36,523 bases of DNA. Source: Candidatus Iainarchaeum sp. (GTDB lineage: Archaea; Iainarchaeota; Iainarchaeia; Iainarchaeales; JAXPJC01). The notes beneath the pieces were generated by a model that searched no databases, was not told the DNA's origin, and was given only the letters and a program-made list of their open reading frames with translations. Below, piece by piece: positions 1 through 9,830 of this stretch (its first letter is position 1; each line of letters starts with the position of its first letter). The stretch covers positions 1 to 36,523 of the forward strand of contig JACPJC010000004.1 of assembly GCA_016187745.1 (NCBI GenBank), written 5' to 3'. The position numbers and the translations under genes are program-made.

Positions 1-8
1 TGCCTACG

Positions 9-650
9 ATGCTGCTTATCGGCATTGCATATTACTTCTACAAATCCTTCAGGGAAAAGGCCCTTTCCTTTAATTTGTGGAATTCAGCGCTTGCAATTGT
101 GCTTGTGGTTTCCGCAAGTGTTGCGGCAATGCACATTGCAAGCCTCGGCTTCGGCTCCCCCCTGATGGCGGATGAGAAAGGCATAAGCAGGATTTTTGCA
201 TATGGCCTTCCGGCTGATGCGGATGAAGGGCAATTGCAGGGAATTCTCGCGCAATTCGGGGAAGTGGAACAGCTCTCCAAGACCCATTGGGCGGCATATG
301 CGGAAATTAAAGCAAGGGAAGGAACAAGAACAAAGGCAATTGAAAGGGCGCTTGCTGAAAACCTTAAGCCCTCGAGCTATCTCTATGTTGAGGATGTAAT
401 TCCAATGATGCGCATCAGCATATACAGAATCCACTGGCTCGGGGGATTGGAAAATTCTGATGCGAACAAGTTTTTGGAAAATGAATTCCTGGGAAATAGT
501 ATAATTGAGATTGAGCACAATGCGCGGGAAGGCACGACAACCCTTGCGCTGAAATCAGGGCTTGAAACCAACTGGCAGATGCTCTCAATCCTCACAGAGA
601 TAAGGAGCAAAGGATATGAGGGAAAATTAATGGTTGCGAGGGTTGGGTAA
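9..650 (+). CDS. Hypothetical membrane protein, probably 5'-truncated by the window edge
   Basis: Two hydrophobic helices followed by a soluble alpha/beta region; no family recognised. Confidence 0.6.
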   Translation: MLLIGIAYYFYKSFREKALSFNLWNSALAIVLVVSASVAAMHIASLGFGSPLMADEKGISRIFAYGLPADADEGQLQGILAQFGEVEQLSKTHWAAYAEIKAREGTRTKAIERALAENLKPSSYLYVEDVIPMMRISIYRIHWLGGLENSDANKFLENEFLGNSIIEIEHNAREGTTTLALKSGLETNWQMLSILTEIRSKGYEGKLMVARVG

Positions 651-846
651 AATTATATTTCATATGTTATGGCCACACGGATGGCTTTATCTATATTTCA
701 TATTCAACATCTGAATCGTGATGGCCGAATAGCTCATCATTTTCTATGAATTCCCTGCTCCACTGCCCTGCTTTTTGCGCAGATTTTTGAAAATCCCTAG
801 GCACTACACTAATTTTGCAGCGGAGCATATTTTTATTTCAGAGAAA

Positions 847-2292
847 TTAGCCTTGGAAATACTCTTCTTCACTAAGCTTTCTTACAATGCCATTATTGGC
901 ATCCAATTCTATTAAATCCCCATCATGTAGAACGTGTGTAGCAACATGGGTTCCAACTATGCATGGCAGACCAAATTCTCTTGAAATAATCGCAGCATGA
1001 CAAGCAACCCCTCCTTCATCAGTAATAATTCCTTTCACTTTTTTTACCAAAATCATCATGGTGGGATTTGTCATTCCAGTAACCAGTATATCACCAGGTT
1101 TTAGAATATTTGCAATTTCAATAATCGCATGCGGGTTATCTACCTTAACTATTCTTGCCCTGCCAACGATTCTCCCTTTGTTTGCAATAGAACCTTTAAA
1201 GGAGGTTATTTCATTTGGGAGATGGGGCTCTAAAATCTCTCTTTTTGCGATAAGTGCCTTAGCACCATTATATATATCTATTTTATTATCATGAAAATGT
1301 AACAAACAATAGTTCCTTCTCTCTTCAAGGATTGCTTTTGGCAGGATAACACTTCTATTTAACAAATCACTCACTTCCTGTCTTGTATAAACCATATAGG
1401 CATCCCTTACAGAAGATTGCGTAAGCTGAGCAATTTTCTCAAAAAAGGGCAATAAATGGAATGACTCACCATTCCAGCACGCTTTGAGTTTTAATCTTAA
1501 TAAAGCAGCTTCACACAAGAATGACGAATACTCTTGAACTAATTCTGAACCAATTTCCTTATACAACTCACATTTTGTTTTTATTAGTTCGTTCCTTCGA
1601 TTTTCAGACTCCAACAGTTCTTTTTCAATGGCATGTCCTGCTTCTGATTTTATTCTCTGTTCTGCAAGTTTTAAGACCTCTTTTTCAGAAAAAATGTTTG
1701 CCAAAACCACAGAATATTTCTTGTAATGCTGCAATATCTTTGCATCTGAAATCTCGCCTTTAAGTAATTTACACCATTCTTCTTTTTCCTCTATAAGCAA
1801 ATCCTTATCACTTGGAGTAGTCAAGGTAGCGTGTGCTTCTTCAACATCTCCTTTGTATTTGAGTTGCAATAATTCTCTCAATTTATGTTCTATTGCAAAT
1901 GAGGGATATTCTGTTGATGTTATGAAATGTGCATATATCCTCCGTAGAGCATATGAATATCTATCGTAAATTTCACCCTGCTCTTTGTTTGGAACATTCG
2001 TCTCAACTGCTTTAAGAAGCTCATCAACTATATCCCAATATAATTTCACTGTTTTCTCTTGTTCTATTAGGGTAGTTTTACTTTGGGTAGTATCAAGTAA
2101 TTTCTTGCCATCCTCGCGTTCATGAACGATATCTTCATCAGACCAGAATATTTGACAATACCCTTTCTCTGCCCAAACAACTGAATTAGTTAGTACACAT
2201 CCCACCACGTCTCTATCATAGATAGATCTTTCCATCTGCAAGAATTGCTTATTAATTGGCTGTTCCCCCGCCGTATAAGGGATGTATTTCAT
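847..2292 (-). CDS. PEP-utilizing enzyme mobile (phospho-His swivel) domain protein
   Basis: C-terminal GDILVTGMTNP...TDEGGVACHAAIISREFGLPCIVG...GDLIELDANNGIV; N-terminal region not recognised; AT-rich. Confidence 0.85.
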   Translation of the reverse strand: MKYIPYTAGEQPINKQFLQMERSIYDRDVVGCVLTNSVVWAEKGYCQIFWSDEDIVHEREDGKKLLDTTQSKTTLIEQEKTVKLYWDIVDELLKAVETNVPNKEQGEIYDRYSYALRRIYAHFITSTEYPSFAIEHKLRELLQLKYKGDVEEAHATLTTPSDKDLLIEEKEEWCKLLKGEISDAKILQHYKKYSVVLANIFSEKEVLKLAEQRIKSEAGHAIEKELLESENRRNELIKTKCELYKEIGSELVQEYSSFLCEAALLRLKLKACWNGESFHLLPFFEKIAQLTQSSVRDAYMVYTRQEVSDLLNRSVILPKAILEERRNYCLLHFHDNKIDIYNGAKALIAKREILEPHLPNEITSFKGSIANKGRIVGRARIVKVDNPHAIIEIANILKPGDILVTGMTNPTMMILVKKVKGIITDEGGVACHAAIISREFGLPCIVGTHVATHVLHDGDLIELDANNGIVRKLSEEEYFQG

Positions 2293-2355
2293 ACCAAAAT
2301 AAATGTTGTGAAAGTAATATAAACATTTAGAAAGCTAAGTTATAGGGAAGAAGCA

Positions 2356-2847
2356 ATGAATAAAATAAGAAATATTTGTATTCTGTGCGCAGGCAATATT
2401 TTCAGAAGCCCGTCGTTTGAAATCTTCTTAAAGGAATTATTGAAGTGGCATGGCAAAGGCAAGGTTAATGTTTTTTCTGCAGGTGAAAAAGACAGGGCAG
2501 GAAAAATTCCAGATAAAGAATCGCTTATATTAGCAAAAAGATTCGGATTTCCAGAGATCAGAAGCCATAAACCAAGACAAATCACTGAAGAAGATGTTAA
2601 GAAAGCAGACCTGATACTTGTCATGGGCCCGCAATTGAAGAAAAACCTTATTTCAAGATTTAGTAGTTCTGTTCCAGACATTGCCCAAAAGACTTCAACT
2701 ATTAGAGGATTTATAACTGGTAAAGAAAATATACTGCCTGAAAGAGCATTGGAAATACAAGACACACTTCGTCTGTCATTGAAAAAAAAGGCAAAGATTG
2801 TTTCGGGATTAAAACGTGCCGCAGTAAGGATAGCACGAGTTGTTTAA
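2356..2847 (+). CDS. Low-molecular-weight protein phosphatase family (LMW-PTP/ArsC fold)
   Basis: P-loop CAGNIFRS (CX5R), VFSAG, HKPRQIT...ADLILVM. Confidence 0.85.
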   Translation: MNKIRNICILCAGNIFRSPSFEIFLKELLKWHGKGKVNVFSAGEKDRAGKIPDKESLILAKRFGFPEIRSHKPRQITEEDVKKADLILVMGPQLKKNLISRFSSSVPDIAQKTSTIRGFITGKENILPERALEIQDTLRLSLKKKAKIVSGLKRAAVRIARVV

Positions 2848-2889
2848 TTTTTTATATCCGTTTCTAACCTGAGGTTGAACGCGGTGGAA

Positions 2890-2978
2890 CGCGGAGAGGG
2901 AGATTTGAACTCCCGTGCCCCTTGCGAGGCAACCGCGTCTCGAGCGCGGCGCTTTCGACCGGACTCAGCCATCCCCGC
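2890..2978 (-). tRNA. tRNA-Ser(CGA), intronless
   Basis: GCGGGGA acceptor, anticodon arm CCGCG-CT-CGA-GA-CGCGG, long variable arm, GTTCAAATC T-loop, G73. Confidence 0.95.
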
Positions 2979-2987
2979 CTAAGATAA

Positions 2988-3302
2988 TTAGTATATGGCG
3001 ATGATTTTATTGGTTTCGTTTTCTTCCGAAGACGAGCTTGACAAACAGTGGCAACCTGAAACTATAAAACTTACCCCCGAAATTGTTACATATGTGCCGG
3101 AAATAGATGCAGCCACTTTTGGTGTTGAGCGAGGTTCAAGGTAGGGACACCAATCACTAACAAGGTCACAGATAAAGGTTATATGCCCATGTTCTCCACT
3201 TCCGTCTCGTGGTCCATAAATTATCCCCCGTTTGGTTGGTGATTCAGTTATGTGGATAAAAAATGAGGGATCTCCCGTCGGAATATTTTTTTCATAACTC
3301 AT
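2988..3302 (-). CDS. Small hypothetical protein
   Basis: ATG-started 104 aa ORF with an upstream TTAATAAA box; no motif recognised. Confidence 0.4.
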   Translation of the reverse strand: MSYEKNIPTGDPSFFIHITESPTKRGIIYGPRDGSGEHGHITFICDLVSDWCPYLEPRSTPKVAASISGTYVTISGVSFIVSGCHCLSSSSSEENETNKIIAIY

Positions 3303-3349
3303 AATAACATCTATTACAGCTCACATTTATTAATCCTTATGTAGGAGTT

Positions 3350-4450
3350 CTACTTTTTATTGAGCTTTTCAAGCTGGTAGCGCTTGTTTATTTCACCCAA
3401 TTGCAATGCGCCGATGAGCTTTCCCCTGCGCATTACTGGCAGCATTGAATATTCCTTCCCGAGGATTTTTGCAAGCAGTGAAGTGATTTCAGTTTCTGCG
3501 CCTATTGCGTGAGCTTTCACTGCAATCTTCTTAACAAGAGTCCTGCGCCATGTGCTTTTTGGAATCTTTGCGAGCATTTCCGCATTAATGCAAGCCAAGC
3601 CTTTAGGAAGCGCAACTAAAAATTCTGTTTTGTTTGTTTTTTGCATATGCGTGAATAATTTTTCCAGAGTTGCATCTGCATCAGCCATTGCGGGCTTTTT
3701 GAGCATTACGCTTTTCACTTTTATTCCCCTGAGCGCGAACTTCAGCATTGCCATCTCGTTCTCCTGCCCTGCGCCGAAGTAAATGAAAATCGCAATAACC
3801 GGCAAAATTATGTCGCCAATGAGCATCCCAATAATGAAGAGGAAAATCGCAATGAAAACGCTTGCCTTTGCAATAATCGCGGTTCCGCGCGCAAATCCGA
3901 ATTTAAATGCGAGAAGTGCGCGAAATACTCTCCCCCCGTCAAGCGGAAGCGCTGGCAGGAACAAATTGAATGCGCCTAGGATTAGGTTTATGTAAAGGAA
4001 TGCAAACAGGGGATAGTTCATTATCGCCTTTCCAAGGCCTGCCGCAATAACAGAGGGGGAAGGCATTGGAATTCCGGGGACTGAAATCCAGAGCAGCGCG
4101 ATAATAAATGCAACTGCAAAATTGAATGCAGGGCCTGCAACAGCAATTATGAACTCGTCCCAGGGGTTTTCCGGCATTTCCTCAGTCATTGCAATCCCCC
4201 CAATAGGGAGCAGGATAATGCGCTCAACCCTAATTCCTTTCATGACAGCAACAACGCTGTGGAACAGCTCATGCACAAAAACGGAAAGGAAGAGCAGGAA
4301 AACAAGCAGCATTGTGGGAATTAAATTTGCGGAATCAAAAATAGCGACTATTACAGCAAGCAGAAGGATAAAAAGAATGAAGGTGCTGTGCAGCTCAAGC
4401 GAAATCCCGAGGATTTTTCCGAATTTAAGAGAGAGCATTTCAATCAGCAT
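3350..4450 (-). CDS. Site-2 protease (M50) with C-terminal CBS domains
   Basis: HELFH zinc motif, AGP, FNLFLPALPLDGGR, multiple TM helices, CBS-like tail. Confidence 0.93.
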   Translation of the reverse strand: MLIEMLSLKFGKILGISLELHSTFILFILLLAVIVAIFDSANLIPTMLLVFLLFLSVFVHELFHSVVAVMKGIRVERIILLPIGGIAMTEEMPENPWDEFIIAVAGPAFNFAVAFIIALLWISVPGIPMPSPSVIAAGLGKAIMNYPLFAFLYINLILGAFNLFLPALPLDGGRVFRALLAFKFGFARGTAIIAKASVFIAIFLFIIGMLIGDIILPVIAIFIYFGAGQENEMAMLKFALRGIKVKSVMLKKPAMADADATLEKLFTHMQKTNKTEFLVALPKGLACINAEMLAKIPKSTWRRTLVKKIAVKAHAIGAETEITSLLAKILGKEYSMLPVMRRGKLIGALQLGEINKRYQLEKLNKK

Positions 4451-7230
4451 ATCTGCTTGAGGATTTTCCCAGTAACCGCATCAATCCTTATTGTTCTTTC
4501 AGTTCCTTCAGAATCAAGCTCTGCGCGCCATATCGGCCTGTAAATTTCGGCAATGCTTTTAACTTTCACATTGGGCCATAATTTGCGCAAAAGCTCGGGA
4601 ATTTTCTCTTTCGGGAACTGCTCCCTGCACTTTGCCATTACGGAAGCGGAAACAAAGGGCATTTTCCCTAAACTCTCAAGCAGCTCGTGCTCAGGCGCAA
4701 GCGGCAGGTCAATTTCTATTGCCCGGGCATAGGCATTTTTTCCCGCGATTTTTTCCTTCTCAAGCAGCCCCTTGTCCGCCATTTTCTCCGCAAGGGTGCG
4801 CGCCTTTGCATCGCTTGTATTTAGGGTTTTTGCAATTTCCTGCAGATCCCTGGGCTTTTCCCCCATGTGCAAAAGCAAATTGGTTTCCTCCTCATTAAGC
4901 CCGAAAAACCCGCCCAGGCCTTTTGATTCCCTGAAATCCCCATCCGCAAAATGCAGGAACTCCCCCGTAAGGGAATTGATATAGCATGAGCGCTTTATGA
5001 ATTCAACCTTGTCCTTATATTCCTCAAAATCCGCCTTCCATACTGTGATGTGCTCTAACCGCAAAGATTTCACAGCCTCTTCCTTTCCGAAAATCCCCAG
5101 AACCTTCCTTTTCCTGTTCTTGTTGAGAATTTCATGCGCCTTGTCCTCGGAAATGCGCTGGGGAAGGGTGAGCAGCTCTATGCCTTGCTCTTCTTCTGCC
5201 TGCGCGCCCTCTTCCGCCTTTGCTTCGTGCACTAACTCAATTACCTCTGGCTCATTCGGAAGTTCCCCAAGCATTGCAAAATCCTTTGTAACGCCTGCGC
5301 CCTTCTTTTCAATCGCCTCAAGCACGCTCTGCAGTTTTGTCTTTGCCTTGTATTTTGCATCAAGCGTCTCAACAACCTGCCTTATGGTCTCAATGTCAAG
5401 CTTGTGCTCCTTCTCCAATTTGCGCATTACCATTTCAACTGCAAGCACATCCACTTGCTTCTGGCTGAAGGTGCGCGCATATTCGGATGTTTCTGCTTCC
5501 CTTCCCTCATGCTGGGACATTCTCGGGCGGATGCGCAATACGAAAGCGCGCGAGGTTTCCTCGCTCCTGTCCGCTACCATTCCCGTTCCAATAGGCATTG
5601 TTTTTATGAAATTGCTGCGCTTGTACTGCATGGGAATTATTGTCGGCGCCCTTCTATAAACGGCTTTTATATCGTCATCAAAAACCAATTTGTGCGTAAT
5701 GAGGATATCAAGCTGCGAAAGCACCTTTGCATCAATTGCGCTTGGCTGCTGGGTTGCAAAAACAAGCGAGCAGCCCGGGCGCCTTCCCTGCTTCACATAT
5801 TCAACAAGCGCTGTTGTTGCGGGGGTTTTGACGTTCCCTGAGGGAATCAGCGTGTGCGCCTCATCAATGAAAAGCCATGTGGGGGGAATTTCCACTTCCA
5901 GAAGCTCATCAACATCCATTGTCTTGAATTTCTTCGCGGCTTCCTTTCTTGTGGAAAGCTTTCTCGCTGCCAGAATGCGCCTTGAGAGTATTCCAATTAC
6001 AAGCGCACTCACATTGTCTTCCAGGAAGCTCGTGTCAATAATTGTAAGCTGGCCTTCGCGCGAAAGCTCGGCAAGCGGAGTGCCCTTCTCATCAAATATG
6101 CCCCAGGTTTTTGCAGCCTCGAACCTTGAGGCAAGGGCGCGCACAGAATCCTGCTTGTAGCCCCTTTCCCTTGAATTCAGCTCCGAATCCGTGTGCAGGC
6201 ACTCTATCAAATCCTCAAGTGAAAAGCCCTTTTCTTTTGCCTTTATGCTCTTTCCCTGCAGGTTTTTATAGCCGTGCTCAACTCTTTTCAATACCAAATC
6301 CAGCAGCAGGCCTGTAGGGCTGAATCTCTCTATTCCAAAGGTCAGGCACCAATCATCAGCAGTAAGGATTATGGGCGGCATTGCGAATGTCGCATCATAT
6401 GTTGTTTTTGGCACCTTCTCGGCCATCCCCTCGGGAATGAAAACCTTCAGATTGTGCAGGCCCTGGGGCAGCATTCCCCATTTCGTGAGCTCTGCAATCT
6501 CCTTCTCTTCCTTGTTCGGGTGCCTCATGCTCCAGAACACTCCAATAGGGTCAATTACAATGGTTCCGATGTTGGGATTTTTGAGCGCAAGCTCCTCTGC
6601 AATTACGCCCAGATCGTAGGACTTTCCCGATCCTCTCGCGCCGCATACAAATACAACATGCGGGTTCAGGGAATCAAAATAAATGTCCTTGTTCTGGTGC
6701 TCTGTCTCATTGCCTGCAATCCTTCCGATGTGCAGCGCGCCCTCAAAGCCGTATTTCAGCAGAAACGCTTTTTTGCGCCCGATAAAGACAGCCTTCCCGT
6801 CCTTGTCCTCAAGGAATTTCAGGGGAACGGCGCTAGCTCCCGCGCTTTCCGAGATTGAGGAGAGTTCTGCATTCTCAATTATAGTTTTCCTTATGTTCTC
6901 GCGCGAGGGCCTTTCAACATCAGAACCTGCGGTTCCGATACCTCCCTCCTCTGAATCTTCAGGGCTTTCCGCATCCCCATTATCTTCGGCATCTTCGGAA
7001 TTTTCAGCATCTTCAGGAATTTCCTCAGCTTCCTTTTCATGCTCCGGCTTTCCCTCTTTTGCCTGCCTTTTTGCGCGCGCTTTTCGCGCAGGCTTTTCTG
7101 TCCTTTCAATTTCCCCGGGATCTGGCAGTTTTCTTGTTTTTCCCACTTTTTCCTCGCTCAGCAGCTCATCAAAAATATCGGCATCTGCCTCTCCCGCAGT
7201 TTCCTCAATCCTTTCCTCATTTGCGCACAT
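4444..7230 (-). CDS. HerA/DUF87-family P-loop ATPase with acidic N-terminus and C-terminal HTH-like region
   Basis: Walker A GARGSGKS, IDPIG, Walker B LFIDEAH, KQGRRPG...ATQQP. Confidence 0.9.
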   Translation of the reverse strand: MCANEERIEETAGEADADIFDELLSEEKVGKTRKLPDPGEIERTEKPARKARAKRQAKEGKPEHEKEAEEIPEDAENSEDAEDNGDAESPEDSEEGGIGTAGSDVERPSRENIRKTIIENAELSSISESAGASAVPLKFLEDKDGKAVFIGRKKAFLLKYGFEGALHIGRIAGNETEHQNKDIYFDSLNPHVVFVCGARGSGKSYDLGVIAEELALKNPNIGTIVIDPIGVFWSMRHPNKEEKEIAELTKWGMLPQGLHNLKVFIPEGMAEKVPKTTYDATFAMPPIILTADDWCLTFGIERFSPTGLLLDLVLKRVEHGYKNLQGKSIKAKEKGFSLEDLIECLHTDSELNSRERGYKQDSVRALASRFEAAKTWGIFDEKGTPLAELSREGQLTIIDTSFLEDNVSALVIGILSRRILAARKLSTRKEAAKKFKTMDVDELLEVEIPPTWLFIDEAHTLIPSGNVKTPATTALVEYVKQGRRPGCSLVFATQQPSAIDAKVLSQLDILITHKLVFDDDIKAVYRRAPTIIPMQYKRSNFIKTMPIGTGMVADRSEETSRAFVLRIRPRMSQHEGREAETSEYARTFSQKQVDVLAVEMVMRKLEKEHKLDIETIRQVVETLDAKYKAKTKLQSVLEAIEKKGAGVTKDFAMLGELPNEPEVIELVHEAKAEEGAQAEEEQGIELLTLPQRISEDKAHEILNKNRKRKVLGIFGKEEAVKSLRLEHITVWKADFEEYKDKVEFIKRSCYINSLTGEFLHFADGDFRESKGLGGFFGLNEEETNLLLHMGEKPRDLQEIAKTLNTSDAKARTLAEKMADKGLLEKEKIAGKNAYARAIEIDLPLAPEHELLESLGKMPFVSASVMAKCREQFPKEKIPELLRKLWPNVKVKSIAEIYRPIWRAELDSEGTERTIRIDAVTGKILKQIC

Positions 7231-7294
7231 GCTCTTTCCAATATAAAAAGGGGCTTGGATTTAATAAGGTTTTTCTTTATGCGGCTTTAAACAG

Positions 7295-8227
7295 CTAAAC
7301 ATAATCGAGCCAGTTTTCATATTTTGCAATTTTCCCATGCACAATATCCAAATACAATTCCCTAAGCAGCTCTGTTATCCGCCCGGGGCAGGATTTTCCT
7401 ATTTTTTTATCATCAGTTTCCCTTATGGGGGTTATTTCCGCAGCTGTTCCGCACAAAAACGCCTCATCGGCATTATACAGCTGCCTTTTCCCGAAAAACT
7501 TCACAAGCACCGGAATTCTGAAATCCCTTGCGATTTTTATTAGCGTATCGCGCGTTATTCCGAGAAGGATGCTGCCTGCAGGCGGAGTAATAAGCTTTCC
7601 GTTTTTTACGATGAAGATGTTTTCCCCCGTGCCCTCGGCAACCCTGCCGTGCAAATCATACATTATTGCCTCGTCATAGCCCTTTCTATGAGCGTCATGC
7701 TTTGCAAGGATGCTGTTTGAGTAATGGCCGGTGATTTTTGCATGCGCAATCTCAGGGGTTGAATACATCCTCTTCAGGAAACTGCTTGTTGCGCTTATTC
7801 CGGATTTCTGCGCCTTGTCCCCCAGATATGCGCCCCACGGCCAGCAGGCGATCCCGATATTCACTTCCGCCCCGGTAGGGTCCAGCCCCAATTTCCCATA
7901 GCCGTAATAAACCAGCGGGCGGATGTAAATTGAATCCGCGCCAGCGCATGCCTTTTCATTAACTCTCACAGTTCTTATTATTGCGTTGCAAATTTCATGC
8001 TCGTTATGGGTAAGGCTCATTTCAAGGGTCTTTGCAGAATGGAACATCCTCCTCACATGGTCTTTCAGGCGGAATATTGCGTATTTCCCGGAAATTGTCC
8101 TGTAGGCGCGGATTCCCTCAAATACCCCCGAGCCGTAATGCAGCGCATGGGTCAAAAAATGCACATTCGCCTTTTCCCACGCAACAAATTTCCCGTCCAT
8201 CCAGATCTTTTTTGTTGGTTGCGGCAT
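7295..8227 (-). CDS. ilvE: Branched-chain amino acid aminotransferase (class IV PLP)
   Basis: HALHYGSGVFEGIRAY, YIRP, AKITGHY, EGTGENIF, LLGITRD, DEAFLCGTAAEITPI; start at MPQP chosen by judgement. Confidence 0.95.
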   Translation of the reverse strand: MPQPTKKIWMDGKFVAWEKANVHFLTHALHYGSGVFEGIRAYRTISGKYAIFRLKDHVRRMFHSAKTLEMSLTHNEHEICNAIIRTVRVNEKACAGADSIYIRPLVYYGYGKLGLDPTGAEVNIGIACWPWGAYLGDKAQKSGISATSSFLKRMYSTPEIAHAKITGHYSNSILAKHDAHRKGYDEAIMYDLHGRVAEGTGENIFIVKNGKLITPPAGSILLGITRDTLIKIARDFRIPVLVKFFGKRQLYNADEAFLCGTAAEITPIRETDDKKIGKSCPGRITELLRELYLDIVHGKIAKYENWLDYV

Positions 8228-8466
8228 CCATAACACCCATTGCAGTTATATATCAAAATACATTAATTAAGTTAGCGGTTTGAGGCACGGGATTCCTTTT
8301 TTAATCCTTTCCGCACACAATAAATGCAGTGGAAACATGAAATTCTCAAAAGGCGATTGCCTTTGGCTGTTCTGAAACTGCTGATTTTATCCTAAATAGT
8401 TTCCACAATAAGAAACCCTTCGTTTCTTATAATCTTCCGCTTTTGCACATCCTAATACACTTTCAG

Positions 8467-8539
8467 GGGGTCATAGCATAACCCGGCAGTGCGGTAGGCT
8501 CCAGACCTATTGATCGGGGTTCAAATCCCCGTGACCCCA
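8467..8539 (+). tRNA. tRNA-Trp(CCA), intronless
   Basis: GGGGTCA/TGACCCC acceptor, GTAGG-CT-CCA-GA-CCTAT anticodon arm, GTTCAAATC. Confidence 0.95.
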
Positions 8540-8781
8540 TTTTTACTAAAGATGCATAGTTAAATTTGCAAATCTACTCCCGGGGGCAAATAAGATAGAG
8601 GACGGATATTTCAGAGCCAGGGGGTTTCGGCTAAAGTTAGGGCAAAAGGACTTTCTGCCGAACAGATAGAGAAACTTTCTGCCAGGAGAAAAAAGGAATA
8701 TCTGGCTTTAAGAAGGGAGATTTCTGCCCTAATGCGAGAGATATACGGCTTATAAAAGATTTGCTCTTTTAATTTTAATAT

Positions 8782-8946
8782 GGGCCCGTAGTCTAGTGGC
8801 AGGACACTGCCTTCGCAAACCAACCCTTTTCTTTTTAGAAAAAAGAAAAGTGTTAGGTGTATCCCAAAAGAAAAATAAATTTCAGGGGAAAATAATAAGA
8901 AATAACGAATTAGGCAGAAACAGGGGTTCGACTCTCCTCGGGTCCA
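8782..8946 (+). tRNA. tRNA-Ala(CGC) with 94-nt intron at 37/38 (8818-8911)
   Basis: GGGCCCG/CGGGTCC acceptor with G3:U70; CTGCC-TT-CGC-A|A-GGCAG; TTCG pairs with intron CGAA (BHB central helix). Confidence 0.92.
8818..8892 (+). repeat. Stable-RNA-associated hairpin element, long form (copy A, in intron)
   Basis: AACCAACCCTTTTCTTTTTAGAAAAAAGAAAAGTGTTAGGTGTATCCCAAAAGAAAAATAAATTTCAGGGG. Confidence 0.9.
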
Positions 8947-9152
8947 ATTTTTTCACAAGCAACGAAATTGCGGAAAATTTGCGGAATTTCCTGCAAAAGA
9001 TATTTAAATGCATTTGCTGTAAATATAAAAAGTGTATTGGGAGTTAAGGAGGCATGTCATACTGCATTGCAGTTCCCTGGCTTGCCTCTTTGTTTTTATT
9101 CTGCTTTTTTAATCCCAAAAAGGTTATTAACCCCCATCTGCAACAGTATTTA

Positions 9153-9575
9153 ATGCTCAACACAAGGATAATCCAAAAGCGCCTGTTGAAGCCTGCAATT
9201 GCAGGAGGAATTGCCTTTTCCCTACTTTTTCCTGGCTGTGCAGCTCCAAAAAATAGCTTGAGGAAAATTGAGATTAGGGCGCAGCAAAAGCCTAACACAG
9301 CAGAGGAGATAAGAAAAATTCTCAGCGGCACTGACATAAGAACTCAACGTGAAAGGGAGCGCTTCATAAATGAGCTGCAAAAGCGCGCAGGACCTAACAG
9401 AAACCTCACCATTGAGGAATTCAATAGTATTGTAAATGAGATAAATCGCATAATAAGGGAAGAAAGGAAAAAATTAGATGACGAAATCAGAAGGAAGGAA
9501 TTTAAAGAAAGGGAGAAACAGCGCAAATTGGAAGAAGAGCAGGGCATTACCCGGGTTGCAAAGAGGAAGTTCTGA
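9153..9575 (+). CDS. Putative lipoprotein with charged coiled-coil tail
   Basis: Basic N-terminus, hydrophobic stretch, LFPGC lipobox-like motif; TTATTAA box about 25 nt upstream of ATG 9153. Confidence 0.65.
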   Translation: MLNTRIIQKRLLKPAIAGGIAFSLLFPGCAAPKNSLRKIEIRAQQKPNTAEEIRKILSGTDIRTQRERERFINELQKRAGPNRNLTIEEFNSIVNEINRIIREERKKLDDEIRRKEFKEREKQRKLEEEQGITRVAKRKF

Positions 9576-9649
9576 AGCAAACAAAGCAATGAAAAATGCA
9601 GCCTGCCTGCATAAAGGCATATATTTCTTTCTAGAGCAATTATCTATGT

Positions 9650-9830
9650 GCGGAGGTGGCTGAGTGGTTTAAAGCGCCAGCCTTGAGAGGCCTTTTCTTT
9701 TAAAAAGAAAAGCCCTGCAAAACTTTGGCAAAAGAAATATAAAAGAAATTATTCAATTGCCAAAGTTTTGGGGAAAAGAAAGCAAGCTGGTGTCCGCAAG
9801 GACTCGCGGGTTCGAATCCCACCCTCCGCG
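9650..9830 (+). tRNA. tRNA-Ser(TGA) with 97-nt intron at 37/38 (9688-9784)
   Basis: GCGGAGG/CCTCCGC acceptor, CCAGC-CT-TGA-G|A-GCTGG, long variable arm GTCC-GCAA-GGAC, G73. Confidence 0.92.

Noticed and set aside
691-828. 45 aa minus-strand ORF (MLRCKISVV...)
   Set aside because: Short, with no motif or other support
4632-7298. Long antisense ORFs (4997-5659, 6274-6858, 6683-7246; likewise 20758-21483)
   Set aside because: Shadow frames of well-supported genes with S/F-rich antisense composition
8594-8755. Open frame ending ...RRKKEYLALRREISALMREIYGL after tRNA-Trp
   Set aside because: No usable start codon; possibly a gene remnant but unsupported
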